Assembly: GCA_965262485.1 (NCBI GenBank)
Contig: OZ253540.1
Coordinates: 2,452,711 to 2,516,710, forward strand
Reading direction: 5' to 3'
Source: Dehalococcoidia bacterium
GTDB taxonomy: Bacteria > Chloroflexota > Dehalococcoidia > Lucifugimonadales > UBA3495
Length of the DNA: 64,000 bases
Part shown: positions 8,197 through 17,500 of the stretch, piece by piece
Layout of the letters: every line of letters begins with the position of its first letter
Position numbering within the stretch: position 1 is the first letter of the stretch
Notes under the pieces: generated by a model
Database searches by the model: none
What the model was told of the DNA's origin: nothing
Seen by the model: the letters and a program-made list of their open reading frames with translations, nothing else
Program-made: the position numbers and the translations under genes

Positions 8197-8370
8197 TAGG
8201 TGGGCTTTGACTTCCCGCCGGGCCTTTTCAAAGTCCTCCGACCTCCGCTCATGGTGAGCTTGTCGAACCATCGACGACCGTCCTTCGACAGGCTCAGGAC
8301 GAGCGGGTGGTTGATTTCCACAACTTGGCGGACGGGCAGTTTGATTCTGTAAAAGAATCAAGTCCCCGTG

Positions 8371-9174
8371 CTAGTCCGACTGCCACCGCAACCGTTCTTC
8401 AAGCTGCCGGATGCGCTCGTTGGCGGCATCCCGTTCGACTTGGGCAGCATCTCGATCCGCTTGGACGGCATCCCGGTCGGCTCGGGCGGCGTCCCGCTGA
8501 TCTTCGGCGGCTACCAGGGCCGCCTGCAATTCGGACGGATCCAACAGAAAGTCGTCCGTTTTCAGGTCATAAAAGCGCAGCTTGCCATCGTCCCAACACA
8601 GGAACAGGTCCAGAGCCGCGCTGTATCCGGAAAGCATCCCGTACATTTTCCCGGGGCGGTCGTCGGCCAGCGGCGTGGGTTCGTAGCGGCCATTGACCAG
8701 AAAATCGCCGGCCAGCGGCGCATCATGGTATTCTCCGCCAGTGTAGTCAAACCGCCAGTATTCGCCCACGCTGAAGCCGGCATAACCGTCGCGCTTGACC
8801 GTGTAATCGCGCCGCCCGGTGTGCTGCGAGGCGACTTCCAACACGAACTCCGGGGGTTTGCCCACGTCATCGATTTCATAACCGTTGTTATCTTCGATGG
8901 CGTCGGGGTCAACGCCAAAAGCCACTACCAGGTCGGGCTCCAGCCAGCCGGAGCGTATCTGACTCCTCTCAAAGCACAAGTAGCCTTCGCCGCTCACCAG
9001 CACATCGGCCCGGTGGGAGAAGTGGCGATAGAGCGTGTTTCCGATGGCGGCACGGTGATAGTGGTTGTATTGCTGCATATCCGGCTTTTTGGGCGGGTCG
9101 GGCAACGGCGGTTTGGACGCCCGGCGCCGATTGCCGCCCGGTTCGGATGCAACGTCCCGCTGGGTTGTCATCAT
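8371..9174 (-). CDS. Uma2-family (DUF820) endonuclease with a C-terminal RDAA-rich coiled coil
   Basis: The core ...EPDLVVAFG....Y.....PEFVLEV.S......D...K...Y...GV.EYW is typical of Uma2. The start is set at ATGATG 9174 to avoid overlap with the thiolase gene. Confidence 0.8.
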   Translation of the reverse strand: MMTTQRDVASEPGGNRRRASKPPLPDPPKKPDMQQYNHYHRAAIGNTLYRHFSHRADVLVSGEGYLCFERSQIRSGWLEPDLVVAFGVDPDAIEDNNGYEIDDVGKPPEFVLEVASQHTGRRDYTVKRDGYAGFSVGEYWRFDYTGGEYHDAPLAGDFLVNGRYEPTPLADDRPGKMYGMLSGYSAALDLFLCWDDGKLRFYDLKTDDFLLDPSELQAALVAAEDQRDAARADRDAVQADRDAAQVERDAANERIRQLEERLRWQSD

Positions 9175-9206
9175 CGGCCTCGCAATTTGAGGGTGATCAC
9201 AGGAAA

Positions 9207-10406
9207 CTACTTCCGCTCGAAGACGGCGGCTACGCCCTGGCCGCCGCCGACGCACATGGTTTCCAGACCCCACTGCAAATCCTGCCTCTCCATCTCGTGG
9301 AGCATAGTCGCCAGGATACGCGCGCCGGTGGCGGCGATGGGGTGGCCCAGTGAAATGCCGGAGCCGTTGACGTTGAGATTATCTTCGTGGGGCAGGTTCC
9401 ACTCGCGGAGCACGGCGAGCACCTGGGCGGCGAAGGCTTCGTTGAGTTCAATGATGTCCATATCCCCCAGCGTCATGCCGATCTTGTTCATAACCTTGTT
9501 GACGGAGGCCACGGGGCCGATGCCCATGGTGGCCGGATGGCAGCCGGTTACGGCCCAACCGCGCAGGTAGGCCATGGGGGTCAGGCCCAGCTCCTCGAGT
9601 TTATCCTCGGCCACCACCAGGCACACCGAGGCGGCATCGTTCTGACTGCTGGCGTTGCCGGCGGTAACACAGCCATCCTGCATCACCGGACGCAGGCGTC
9701 CCAGAACGTCCATGGTGGTATCGCCGCGGGGGCCCTCGTCGGTGTCGAAGATTTTGGGGTCGCCACGGCGCTGGGGGATGCTGACGGGGATGATCTCGGC
9801 GTCGAATTTGCCGGAATCGCGGGCGGCGACGGCGCGCTGGTGGCTCCGCAGCGCGAACTCATCCTGTTCCTGCCGTGGGATTTCGTACTGTTTCGCCAGA
9901 TTTTCCGCCGTTTCGACCATGCCGCCGGGTAGGGGTCCGAAACGCTCTTCGGGGGCGATGGTAACCCGGGCGCGGGCCAGGCGGTCGTGGAATGTAACCG
10001 AGCCGAAACGGGCGCCCCAACGCGATTCGTTGTTGTAGAACTCGGCGCCGCTCATGCTCTCCACACCGCCGGCAATTACTACGTCGGCGTTGTCGGTCTG
10101 CACCAGCATGGAGGCGTTGAGAATCGCCTGCAAACCGGAGGAGCAACGGCGGTCCAGCTGGTAGCCGGGCACCTCAATTGGCAGGCCCGCCTTGAGACCG
10201 GCCAACCGGCCGATGGCGGGGTTCTCGCCGGAGGGATAGCCGTGGCCGAGAATGACGTCGTCAACCAGGGCTGGGTCGATGCCGCTCCGTTCCAGAGCAG
10301 CGCTGATGACGGTGGAAGCCAGCTCGGCGGCGGATATGTCGCGCAGGCCCCCGCCGAAGTTACCGACGGCAGTGCGGACTGGGGAAACGATGGCTACTCC
10401 TCGCAT
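9207..10406 (-). CDS. Acetyl-CoA C-acetyltransferase (thiolase)
   Basis: MRGVAIVSPVRTAVGNFGG..., active-site CSSGLQA, and C-terminal NGSGISLGHP/CVGGGQG motifs. The ATG at 10406 is preceded by AAGGAG. Confidence 0.92.
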   Translation of the reverse strand: MRGVAIVSPVRTAVGNFGGGLRDISAAELASTVISAALERSGIDPALVDDVILGHGYPSGENPAIGRLAGLKAGLPIEVPGYQLDRRCSSGLQAILNASMLVQTDNADVVIAGGVESMSGAEFYNNESRWGARFGSVTFHDRLARARVTIAPEERFGPLPGGMVETAENLAKQYEIPRQEQDEFALRSHQRAVAARDSGKFDAEIIPVSIPQRRGDPKIFDTDEGPRGDTTMDVLGRLRPVMQDGCVTAGNASSQNDAASVCLVVAEDKLEELGLTPMAYLRGWAVTGCHPATMGIGPVASVNKVMNKIGMTLGDMDIIELNEAFAAQVLAVLREWNLPHEDNLNVNGSGISLGHPIAATGARILATMLHEMERQDLQWGLETMCVGGGQGVAAVFERK

Positions 10407-10515
10407 AATAGGGCTCCTTGTTCTGCGGACAGCGGCAGACAAATTCAACGTAAATTGGTGGGCGTATCATACCCGCTGCCACCCGCCATGTAAAACGAGA
10501 GCATCGTGCAAAACT

Positions 10516-10712
10516 GTCATTGCGAACGAAGCGTGGCAATCTCCTTGGGTATCAAACCGTCATTCCGGGAAGGCGTAAATCCCTCCTCTCCCCAGGGTCA
10601 TTCGGTTGTCATTGCGAGGAGCGCAGCGACGTGGCAATCTCGTTGAGGTTGAGCACACGCCGGGGAACCATCATTGCTACGGTGTCGAGATTGCCACGCT
10701 GCGCTCGCAATG
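10516..10712. repeat. C-type palindromic repeats (GTCATTGCGAGGAGCGCAGCGACGTGGCAATCTC ... GAGATTGCCACG..CGCTCGCAATG)
   Basis: A half copy lies at 10516-10544 and a full hairpin-forming copy at 10608-10712. The same family occurs at 32334, 33914, 34117 and 39873. Confidence 0.75.
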
Positions 10713-10803
10713 GGATTAGGAAAACCGAAAGACCCTGCTCCATCTCCCCGCGCGTGCGGCCACGGGTGAGGGCCGCCCTGCTATAATCAAAATCGCCATA
10801 CGT

Positions 10804-10878
10804 GGGGGCTTAGCTCAGTGGGAGAGCACCTGCTTTGCAAGCAGGGGGTCAGGGGTTCGAATCCCCTAGCCTCCACCA
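10804..10878 (+). tRNA. tRNA-Ala (anticodon TGC), CCA encoded
   Basis: GGGGGCTTAGCTCAG...CCTGC-TTTGCAA-GCAGG...GGTTCGAATCC...AGCCTCCACCA. Cloverleaf arms pair, and the G3:U70 identity pair is present. Confidence 0.95.
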
Positions 10879-11249
10879 GAATGTACCGTACTGCGAACTC
10901 CGCCGTTCAGGGCTACCTCGACGGCGTCCGCGCCCCTGATTGGGGTTGCCCCTCGAGGGCATTAGCCGGGCGACTCTGGCCAGTGGCAGCGAGGTAACCT
11001 TTGCTTACTACGGTGTTGTTGCGCTCTGGGACGGCAGCCGGTATACATAGAGGCCGATGCCGCCGACACCACGCCGCTCGCAGGTATGCGGCTGCTCGAC
11101 AGCCACCGCCGGTACGTGGAGGTCGAGGACCTCGGGCGCGTAATCATAGAACGAAGGGGGTAAACCCAGCATCATGTTCAACCCGGTGACCGCCATGACC
11201 ACCCTGGCCCGCCGCCCCGCTGCGGGACTGCTCGCCCGGTTTACCCCCC

Positions 11250-12476
11250 CTGACAGGGGTAGGTATGGGCTGAAATCGGGTTGCGACATAGCTTGGGAAG
11301 GCGCACCGCCATCCAGCATCTTGGTTGTGACACGACCAGATGCAGGAGACCCTCGATGCGCCTTCCCAGAGAATGCTATCAGATGCAAAAAACGATTGAA
11401 ACGCATTTACCTCACCTCTCCCAGCCACAATTGACCGGCCTGGCGCTGTGGGTCTGCGGGGCCATCCTCGCCGGCAGCGCCTGCCAGACCGAGCTGGACG
11501 TAACTCTCTGCTTCGCGCCACTGCTGCGGTGGGTCCTCACCTGGTGGCGGTCGGGCGGCCTGGCTTTGGCCATCGACCCAACCCTCAAAGGGGACCAGAC
11601 CACCGCCATCGTCATCAGCGTGCTCTACCGCAGTTGCGCCATCCCCGTGGCCTGGCACATCCGGCACGCCGACCAGCCCGGCTCCTGGATGGACCCCACC
11701 GTGGAACTGCTGCAAGCCTTGGCCCCAGCGGTTCCCGAGAATATGACCGTCATCGTGCTCTGCGACCGGGGCATCGCCAGTCCCAAGCTGTGGCAGCAGA
11801 TACGGGATCAAGGCTGGCATCCCGGTATGCGCTACCGAAAGAACATCACTTTCTGCGCCGACGGCGGCAAACGATTGCCCGCCCAGCGCTTCGTCTCCCG
11901 TCCCGATACGGCGTGGATTGGCCGCGGCACCGCCTTCAGCACCCCCAAGGCCAAGCGACGTTGCACCCTGCTGGTGGTCTGGTACTCCGAGCAGGAGGAG
12001 CCCTGGATCATCCTCACCGACCTGGCACCCGATCAGGTGGGTCCCAGTTGGTACGCCCTGCGCTTCTGGATCGAGCTGGGCTTCAAGGCCCTCAAGAGCC
12101 TGGGCTGGAAGTGGGACCAGACCCGCCGCACCGACCCCACCCGCGTCTCCCGCCACTGGCTGGTGCTGTCGGTGGCTACCCTGCTGGCCCTGGCCTACGG
12201 CACCAGGGTGGAAGACGCCCAGGAGCGCAGTATCGCCCCAGGCAACCTGCGGGCGCCGCCCAAGGACTTGGCTCCCAATCACCGTGACTCCCGTAGCCGT
12301 CCGGCGCGCACCGTGAGCGTGATCCGCCACGGCATCGACTGGCTCCGGCGCTTGCTGATCAAGGGCCGCCTCTGGAGCCGCGTCTGGCTGCTGCCCGAAC
12401 CCTGGCCACAACCCAAGCCCGACCTGGAGATTACTCGCCATGTCCCACCGTAAAAACCCATACCTACCCCTGTCAG
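11250..12476 (+). mobile_element. IS4-family insertion sequence, copy 1 (1227 bp; 105-bp in-frame internal deletion relative to copy 2)
   Basis: Perfect 20-bp terminal inverted repeats CTGACAGGGGTAGGTATGGG. Near-identical to 60364..61695 except for the deletion between two CCTGCCAGA 9-mers and about 3 SNPs. No clean target duplication (left ..GTTTACCCCCC, right C23). Confidence 0.9.
11383..12453 (+). CDS. IS4-family DDE transposase (35-aa internally deleted variant)
   Basis: Y-x2-R-x3-E-x6-K signature (YALRFWIELGFKALK). The likely start is MQKTIETHLPHL. It lacks NAVASALSPGSNWYNLRQRLREWLYDGGDRATPCQ, which is present in copy 2. Confidence 0.85.
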   Translation: MQKTIETHLPHLSQPQLTGLALWVCGAILAGSACQTELDVTLCFAPLLRWVLTWWRSGGLALAIDPTLKGDQTTAIVISVLYRSCAIPVAWHIRHADQPGSWMDPTVELLQALAPAVPENMTVIVLCDRGIASPKLWQQIRDQGWHPGMRYRKNITFCADGGKRLPAQRFVSRPDTAWIGRGTAFSTPKAKRRCTLLVVWYSEQEEPWIILTDLAPDQVGPSWYALRFWIELGFKALKSLGWKWDQTRRTDPTRVSRHWLVLSVATLLALAYGTRVEDAQERSIAPGNLRAPPKDLAPNHRDSRSRPARTVSVIRHGIDWLRRLLIKGRLWSRVWLLPEPWPQPKPDLEITRHVPP

Positions 12477-12499
12477 CCCCCCCCCCCCCCCCCCCCCCC
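12477..12499. repeat. Homopolymeric C23 tract
   Basis: 23 consecutive C between the IS4 right end (12476) and the SD/ATG of the LRR adhesin gene (12517). Confidence 0.95.
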
Positions 12500-12516
12500 G
12501 CAAAAGGTGGCTCAGA

Positions 12517-13680
12517 ATGACGCCGGGACGGCTGGCCGGCCTGTTCCTGGCCCTGGCGGTCGTTGCCCTGGGGACGCTGTTTTCCGGCGTTCCGGCGGCC
12601 CTGGCTCAGGACCCGACGGTGAATATTTGCAGTCGCACCGAGACGGTGGAAGACGCCATCCTCGACGCCACGGCCACCAATGACGTTTGCGGCAGCGTCC
12701 TTGTCTCTGACCTGAACACGGTCACGGACCTCGATCTGTCCAGCGGCAGTCTCACCACGCTGATGAATGGCGACTTCGACGGACTCGGCGGACTCAAGAA
12801 CCTCGACCTCAGCCGAAACCAGTTGACCGCCCCGCCTATCCTGACCGACAACACTAACCTCCTGACCCTCGACCTCAGCAACAACCGGTTGTCCACCGCG
12901 CCCGACGTGAGCGCCAACACTGTATTACGGATCCTCAACCTCGACCAAAACCAGTTGACCGCCCCGCCCATCCTGACCGACAACACTGACCTCGATACCC
13001 TCCACCTCGGCAGAAACCGGTTGACCGCCGCGCCCGACGTGAGCGCCAACACCAAACTCCAGGACCTCTTCCTTTACAGCAACAGGTTGGCCAGCCCACC
13101 TGTCCTGACGGGTCTCGCCGAACTCGGTCAACTCTCGTTGGACCGCAATCTGCTGACCACCACACCCGACGTGAGCGACAACACCAAACTCACGCACTTC
13201 TGGCTCCATAACAACCTGTTGACCGAATCACCTGACCTGACCGGTCTCACCGAACTGCAGCTCTTTGAATTCGGCAGAAACAGGTTGACCACCCCACCCG
13301 ACGTGAGCACCAACACCGCGCTCACACGTCTCACGTTGGATAGCAATCTGCTGACCACCCCACCTGACGTCAGCGCCAACACCGCACTCCAGGTCCTGAC
13401 GTTGGGGGACAATCGGTTGACCAGGCCACCCAACTTGAGCGCCAACACCGCACTCCAGGTCCTGACGCTCCATCGCAACAGATTGACCACCACGCCCGAC
13501 GTGGGGACCAACACCGCACTCACGCAACTGATCCTTTCCGATAATAAGTTGACCGACCCACCCAACTTGAGCGCCAACACAGCACTCACACACCTCTATC
13601 TGCATAACAATATGTTGGAGGCCCTGCCCGGCCTGAGCGCTAAGAGCCTGTCTACGATCTTTTCAGGATTAGCACCGTGA
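12517..13680 (+). CDS. Secreted leucine-rich-repeat protein: N-terminal fragment of an IS-interrupted giant adhesin
   Basis: Signal peptide (..AVVALGTLFSGVPAALA/QD) followed by about 23-residue LRRs (L.L..N.LT..P.(V/L)S.NT.L). The last 12 codons and the stop are read from the inserted IS5 element. Confidence 0.85.
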   Translation: MTPGRLAGLFLALAVVALGTLFSGVPAALAQDPTVNICSRTETVEDAILDATATNDVCGSVLVSDLNTVTDLDLSSGSLTTLMNGDFDGLGGLKNLDLSRNQLTAPPILTDNTNLLTLDLSNNRLSTAPDVSANTVLRILNLDQNQLTAPPILTDNTDLDTLHLGRNRLTAAPDVSANTKLQDLFLYSNRLASPPVLTGLAELGQLSLDRNLLTTTPDVSDNTKLTHFWLHNNLLTESPDLTGLTELQLFEFGRNRLTTPPDVSTNTALTRLTLDSNLLTTPPDVSANTALQVLTLGDNRLTRPPNLSANTALQVLTLHRNRLTTTPDVGTNTALTQLILSDNKLTDPPNLSANTALTHLYLHNNMLEALPGLSAKSLSTIFSGLAP

Positions 13681-14116
13681 AGGCAAGCACCACCATTTGC
13701 AGGCTGGTATTGAGCTTTCTTTCGCAGTTCTTCCAGAGGCGGCGGCACTTCTCCAGCCAGGCGAAAGACCGTTCCACTACCCACCGCTTCGGCAGCACCA
13801 CGAAGGTGTGCAGTTCGCTGCGTTTCACCACCTCCACCGACGCTCCCAGCCGGCTTTGCACCCCAGCGGCAAAGGGTTCCCCAGTGTAACCCCCGTCCAC
13901 CAGCACGTTCTGCACCTGACTGAGGCCGTCCCGGCGCCGGTCAAACATCGCCAAAGCCCCAGCCCGGTCGGTGACGTTGGCCGTGGTTATGTGGATCGCA
14001 TGGGGCAATCCTTGCGTGTCCACCGCGATGTGTCGCTTGATTCCGGATACCTTCTTGCCCGCGTCATAGCCCTTCTGCTCGGCGGTGTCCGTGTTCTTGA
14101 CGCTCTGGGAGTCCAC
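13652..14116 (-). CDS. IS5-family transposase orfB (DDE domain), in the +1 frame relative to orfA
   Basis: ...DSQSVKNTD....GYDAGKKVSGIKRHIAVDTQGLP......ANVTD......VDGGY.G......VVERSFAWL is typical of IS5 DDE. This frame is open back to the A8 run. Confidence 0.85.
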   Translation of the reverse strand: MDSQSVKNTDTAEQKGYDAGKKVSGIKRHIAVDTQGLPHAIHITTANVTDRAGALAMFDRRRDGLSQVQNVLVDGGYTGEPFAAGVQSRLGASVEVVKRSELHTFVVLPKRWVVERSFAWLEKCRRLWKNCERKLNTSLQMVVLAFTVLILKRS

Positions 14117-14444
14117 GATGCAGAAGCTGGTCTGCTTTTTCCGTCCATTGCTTTGTCGGGCCTCGCCAACCGATTTTTTTTAGGACTTGTTCCAGAATGG
14201 AATCCTGCTCCGGGCCGGGCCGCTCGCTCCATTGCCGGAAATACTGGTAGCAAGTGCGCCAGTTTGGGAAATCCGCGGGCAGCATTCGCCACTGGCAGCC
14301 GCTTTTCAAGAGGTACAGTACGCCGCAGAAAACGTCGTACAAGTCCACGGTGCGGGGCTTGGTCCGGCGGCGGGCCGACTCCAACGTCGGCAGAATCCGG
14401 GCGAATTGCTCCCGGCTGATGTCGCTGGGATAGGAATGAGACAT
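14064..14444 (-). CDS. IS5-family transposase orfA
   Basis: ...VFCGVLYLLKSGCQWRMLPADFPNWRTCYQYFRQW... is typical of the IS5/IS427 N-terminal part. An A8 run lies in its 3' part (14174-14181); the ORF continues to its stop at 14064. Confidence 0.85.
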   Translation of the reverse strand: MSHSYPSDISREQFARILPTLESARRRTKPRTVDLYDVFCGVLYLLKSGCQWRMLPADFPNWRTCYQYFRQWSERPGPEQDSILEQVLKKIGWRGPTKQWTEKADQLLHRGLPERQEHGHRRAEGL

Positions 14445-14599
14445 GATTACCCCTCCCCTGGTGATAGTCTCAACTTAACCTATTTCAGAGATCGTAGACA
14501 GGTTCTAACACCGCGCTCAAACAACTCACGCTGTACAACAATCCGGCGACCCTCACAACCACGCTGCCATCGTTCGCTGCTCATACCGCTCTCCAGTGG

Positions 14600-17500
14600 T
14601 TGTACCTGGGCTGGCACAATCCCTCCCTCACGACCCTGCCGAGCGGGTTCCTGACCGGACTGCCCACCACGCTGAGCCGCCTGTCTCTGGAGGGCTTCAA
14701 TCTGACTGACTCGGAACTCGCCACTATCGGCAGCAGGTTCACCAGTGTGACAACGCTCCACCTGGGCGGAAGCGGCCTCTCCGCCGCCCAGACCAACGCC
14801 TTGCTGGATGCTCTTGCAGCCAATCCAACCGTGGCCAACCTTGCCCTGGACGGCAACGATCTGTCGGGGGTGGATTGGACCAAGCTGTCCGAGATCACCA
14901 GCCTGAGAGCCCTCGATGTGACCGGTGCCAACCTCAACGACAGCGACGCTGCTGAGATCGCCGCCAACGCACCGGCCGGGCTGCTCAATCTGTATCTGGG
15001 CTACAACGCGCTCACGGCGGTGCCGTCCCTTGCCCGGTTCGCCAGGCTCCCAGCCCTGGTCCTGGAGCACAACAACCTGGACGACGCGGACCTGACCGCC
15101 AACACGTTCGACGGACCCAGCAGTCTGAGAGTGGAGATCACCGCCGGCAACCCCGGGATCACCAGTACCATAGACGAGCTCGATGACAGATACTCCCACG
15201 TCTCTTTTCGCAGCTACGCGGCCGTGGCCGTCACGTCGCTGGCCGTGGCCAAGACCGTGATCGGAGAGGCGCCGGCCGGCCAGGAATACGGCTTCAGCCT
15301 GAGCTGCACGGCGACAGGAACCACCCCGCGGACCCACACGTTCACCCGCACGGCCGGCGAGAGCGGTTACGTCCCTGTCCACGCCCCCGGCCTGCTCACC
15401 GGTTCGATTAACGCGGCAACTTTCCGCACCGTGGGCGCCGCCACCTGCACCCTCACCGAACCCGCCAGCCACGGCGCCCTCGCCAACGACCTGTTCACTG
15501 ACCAGGTCATCACCCGATCCGGCCACACCGCCGCCGTCACCAACATCCACGGGCCCATCCCGCCCTTCGCCGTCCGCATTGCGGCCGCCAACGCCGAGAT
15601 TACGGAGGGCGAGGACGCGGTGTTCACCATCACGGCGATCCCAGCCCCGCCGCAAGACCTGCCAGTGGATCTGCGCGTCACCGCCCGCGGCAACTACGGC
15701 GTTCAGGAGCGCTTCAGGCACTGGGGCGGCGTGACCATCAAGGCGGGGCAGACCAGCGCAACCTACCGGGTCCCGACCAGTGGGGACACGGTGGACGAGC
15801 CCAACGGCACGGTAACGGTTGGCGTGCTGGTCGGCCAAGGATACGGCGAGCCGTATCCTGTGGACCCGGCGAACGACTACGCAAGGGTCACGATTCAGGA
15901 CGACGACGGCGGGCCGGAATTTAGGATCGAGGTTGACCGCGAGCATTGGACAGTCACGGAGGGTGGCGCCGCAGTGTTCAAGGTGGTCGCCTCGCCCGTT
16001 TCGACGACTCCTGTCGCGGTCAATCTGGCAATCATTCACGCGTGCTATTACGGCGAAGGCTGCGATCACGGCGTTCTGGATACCGGACTAAATTCCGGAA
16101 TGACCACGGAAACGGTTCAGGAAACGGTAACGGTCCGGGGCAAGATCGTGGAAAAGGACGGCAGGAGGGTCCGGGAAAGGGACACGGTGAAAATTGTGAG
16201 CCGCGTCGAGGGAAGAGCCACCCTGATGATCCCGGCCAACGCGGATTCAGAGACCTATACCATCCAGACCCGTAGGGACGAAGATACGGATCTCTACGCC
16301 TACGTGTCGGTCAGGCTGCTGCCCAGCACGAACTATCAGCTCACGGATGACCCGTCGGGCGTGCGGCAGCGACAAGGGACAATCGTGATCTGCAACGACG
16401 CCGACAACGACGGCGAGTGCGACGAGCGGTCGCCGGAGGAGTTTACGCCGGACCCGGACCTATTTTACAGTGAACCGCCGAGCTCGACGCCGAGCGCTCA
16501 GCTGGGCGAGGCGCCGGGCGGGTCGCGCCTGACGGTGAGCTGGGACGAGGTCGCCGAGGCCACCGGCTACGACGTGCGCTGGGGCGTCGCGGCGGCGCCG
16601 GCGCGGCAGACCGCGCGGGTGAGCGAACCGGAGTTCACGACGCCGGAGCTGGCGCCGGGGGTGGCCCACGCCTTCCAGGTCTCGGCCTGCAACGACGCCG
16701 GGTGCAGCGCGCAGTCGCCGGCGGTCCAGGGGCAGGGGGCGGCGGAACCCGTCCAGCCGACGGCCAACGCCGGCCCCGACCTGGCCGGCGCGCCGGGTGG
16801 CGAGGTGACGCTGCAAGGCAAGGGCAGCACGAACCCCTACGGCAAATGGTACCAAATGGCCCACCAGTGGACGCAGCTCTCCGGCCCGCCGGTGACGCTG
16901 ACGCATCCGAATACAGGTCAGGCCGCCGCCAACTTCGGCGATCCCAGGTTCACCATCCCCGCCGACGTGGCGGACGGCACAACGCTGGAGTTCGAGCTGA
17001 CGGTGACCGATGAGGAAGGGGAATCCAATTCCGATACCCTGACCGTCACGGTCGCCGTCACGGAAACCATCCGGCCCACGGCCCAGGCCGGCCCGGACCT
17101 GACCGGCGCGCCGGGTGGCGAGGTGACGCTGCAAGGCACCGACAGCATCAACCCCTACGGCGCGTGGTGGCGGATGCGGCATCAGTGGACGCAGCTCTCC
17201 GGCCCGCCGGTGACGCTGACGCATCCGAAGACTTCCCAGCCGGCCAGCAACTACGCCGACCCCAGGTTCATCGTCCCCGCCGGCGCGGCGGACGGCGCAA
17301 CGCTGGAGTTCGAGCTGACCGTAACCGACCAGGAGGGCGAGTCGGACTCGGACACGGTGACCGTGACGGTTATCCGGCCCGATAACACCCCGCCGGTGGT
17401 GGCGGAACTGGCATTGGTGCGGGTCTTTACTGACGAAACGGTCCAGTTGACCGGTTCGGCCACCGACTACGAGGACGCCGCGGATGCTCTGACCTACCTC

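Larger units (their letters stand above)
13644..14505 (-). mobile_element. IS5-family (IS427-group-like) insertion sequence, 862 bp, TAA target duplication
   Basis: Terminal inverted repeats GA(G/A)CCTGTCTACGATCT. TAA sits at 13641-13643 and 14506-14508. Two overlapping transposase ORFs. Confidence 0.85.

Noticed and set aside
7998-8361. ORFs lying wholly in repeat DNA (7998..8321, 8110..8361, 31797..32276, 32033..32575, 57403..57723, 57749..58150, 39684..39956 and others).
   Set aside because: Their sequences are translations of the repeat families (IPAKAGIQ, SLSKDG, GEGQGVR-type strings) that recur in different frames and orientations. They lack RBS or start context.
10879-11249. Minus-strand ORF fragment (..MAVTGLNMMLGLPPSFYDYAPEVLDLHVPAVAVEQ..) between tRNA-Ala and IS4 copy 1 as a truncated gene.
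   Set aside because: It is short and has no recognisable motif. The ORF runs into IS sequence, so I cannot support calling a gene or pseudogene.
14480-16069. Long antisense ORFs inside GC-rich genes, such as 14480..16069(-), 8368..9570(+), 29225..31066(+), 62191..63825(+), 44314..45483(-), 22636..23574(+) and 11407..12441(-).
   Set aside because: Each lies opposite a gene with clear homology-type motifs. Their translations are Arg/Gly/Pro/Ala-rich low-complexity strings, typical of shadow ORFs in high-GC DNA.
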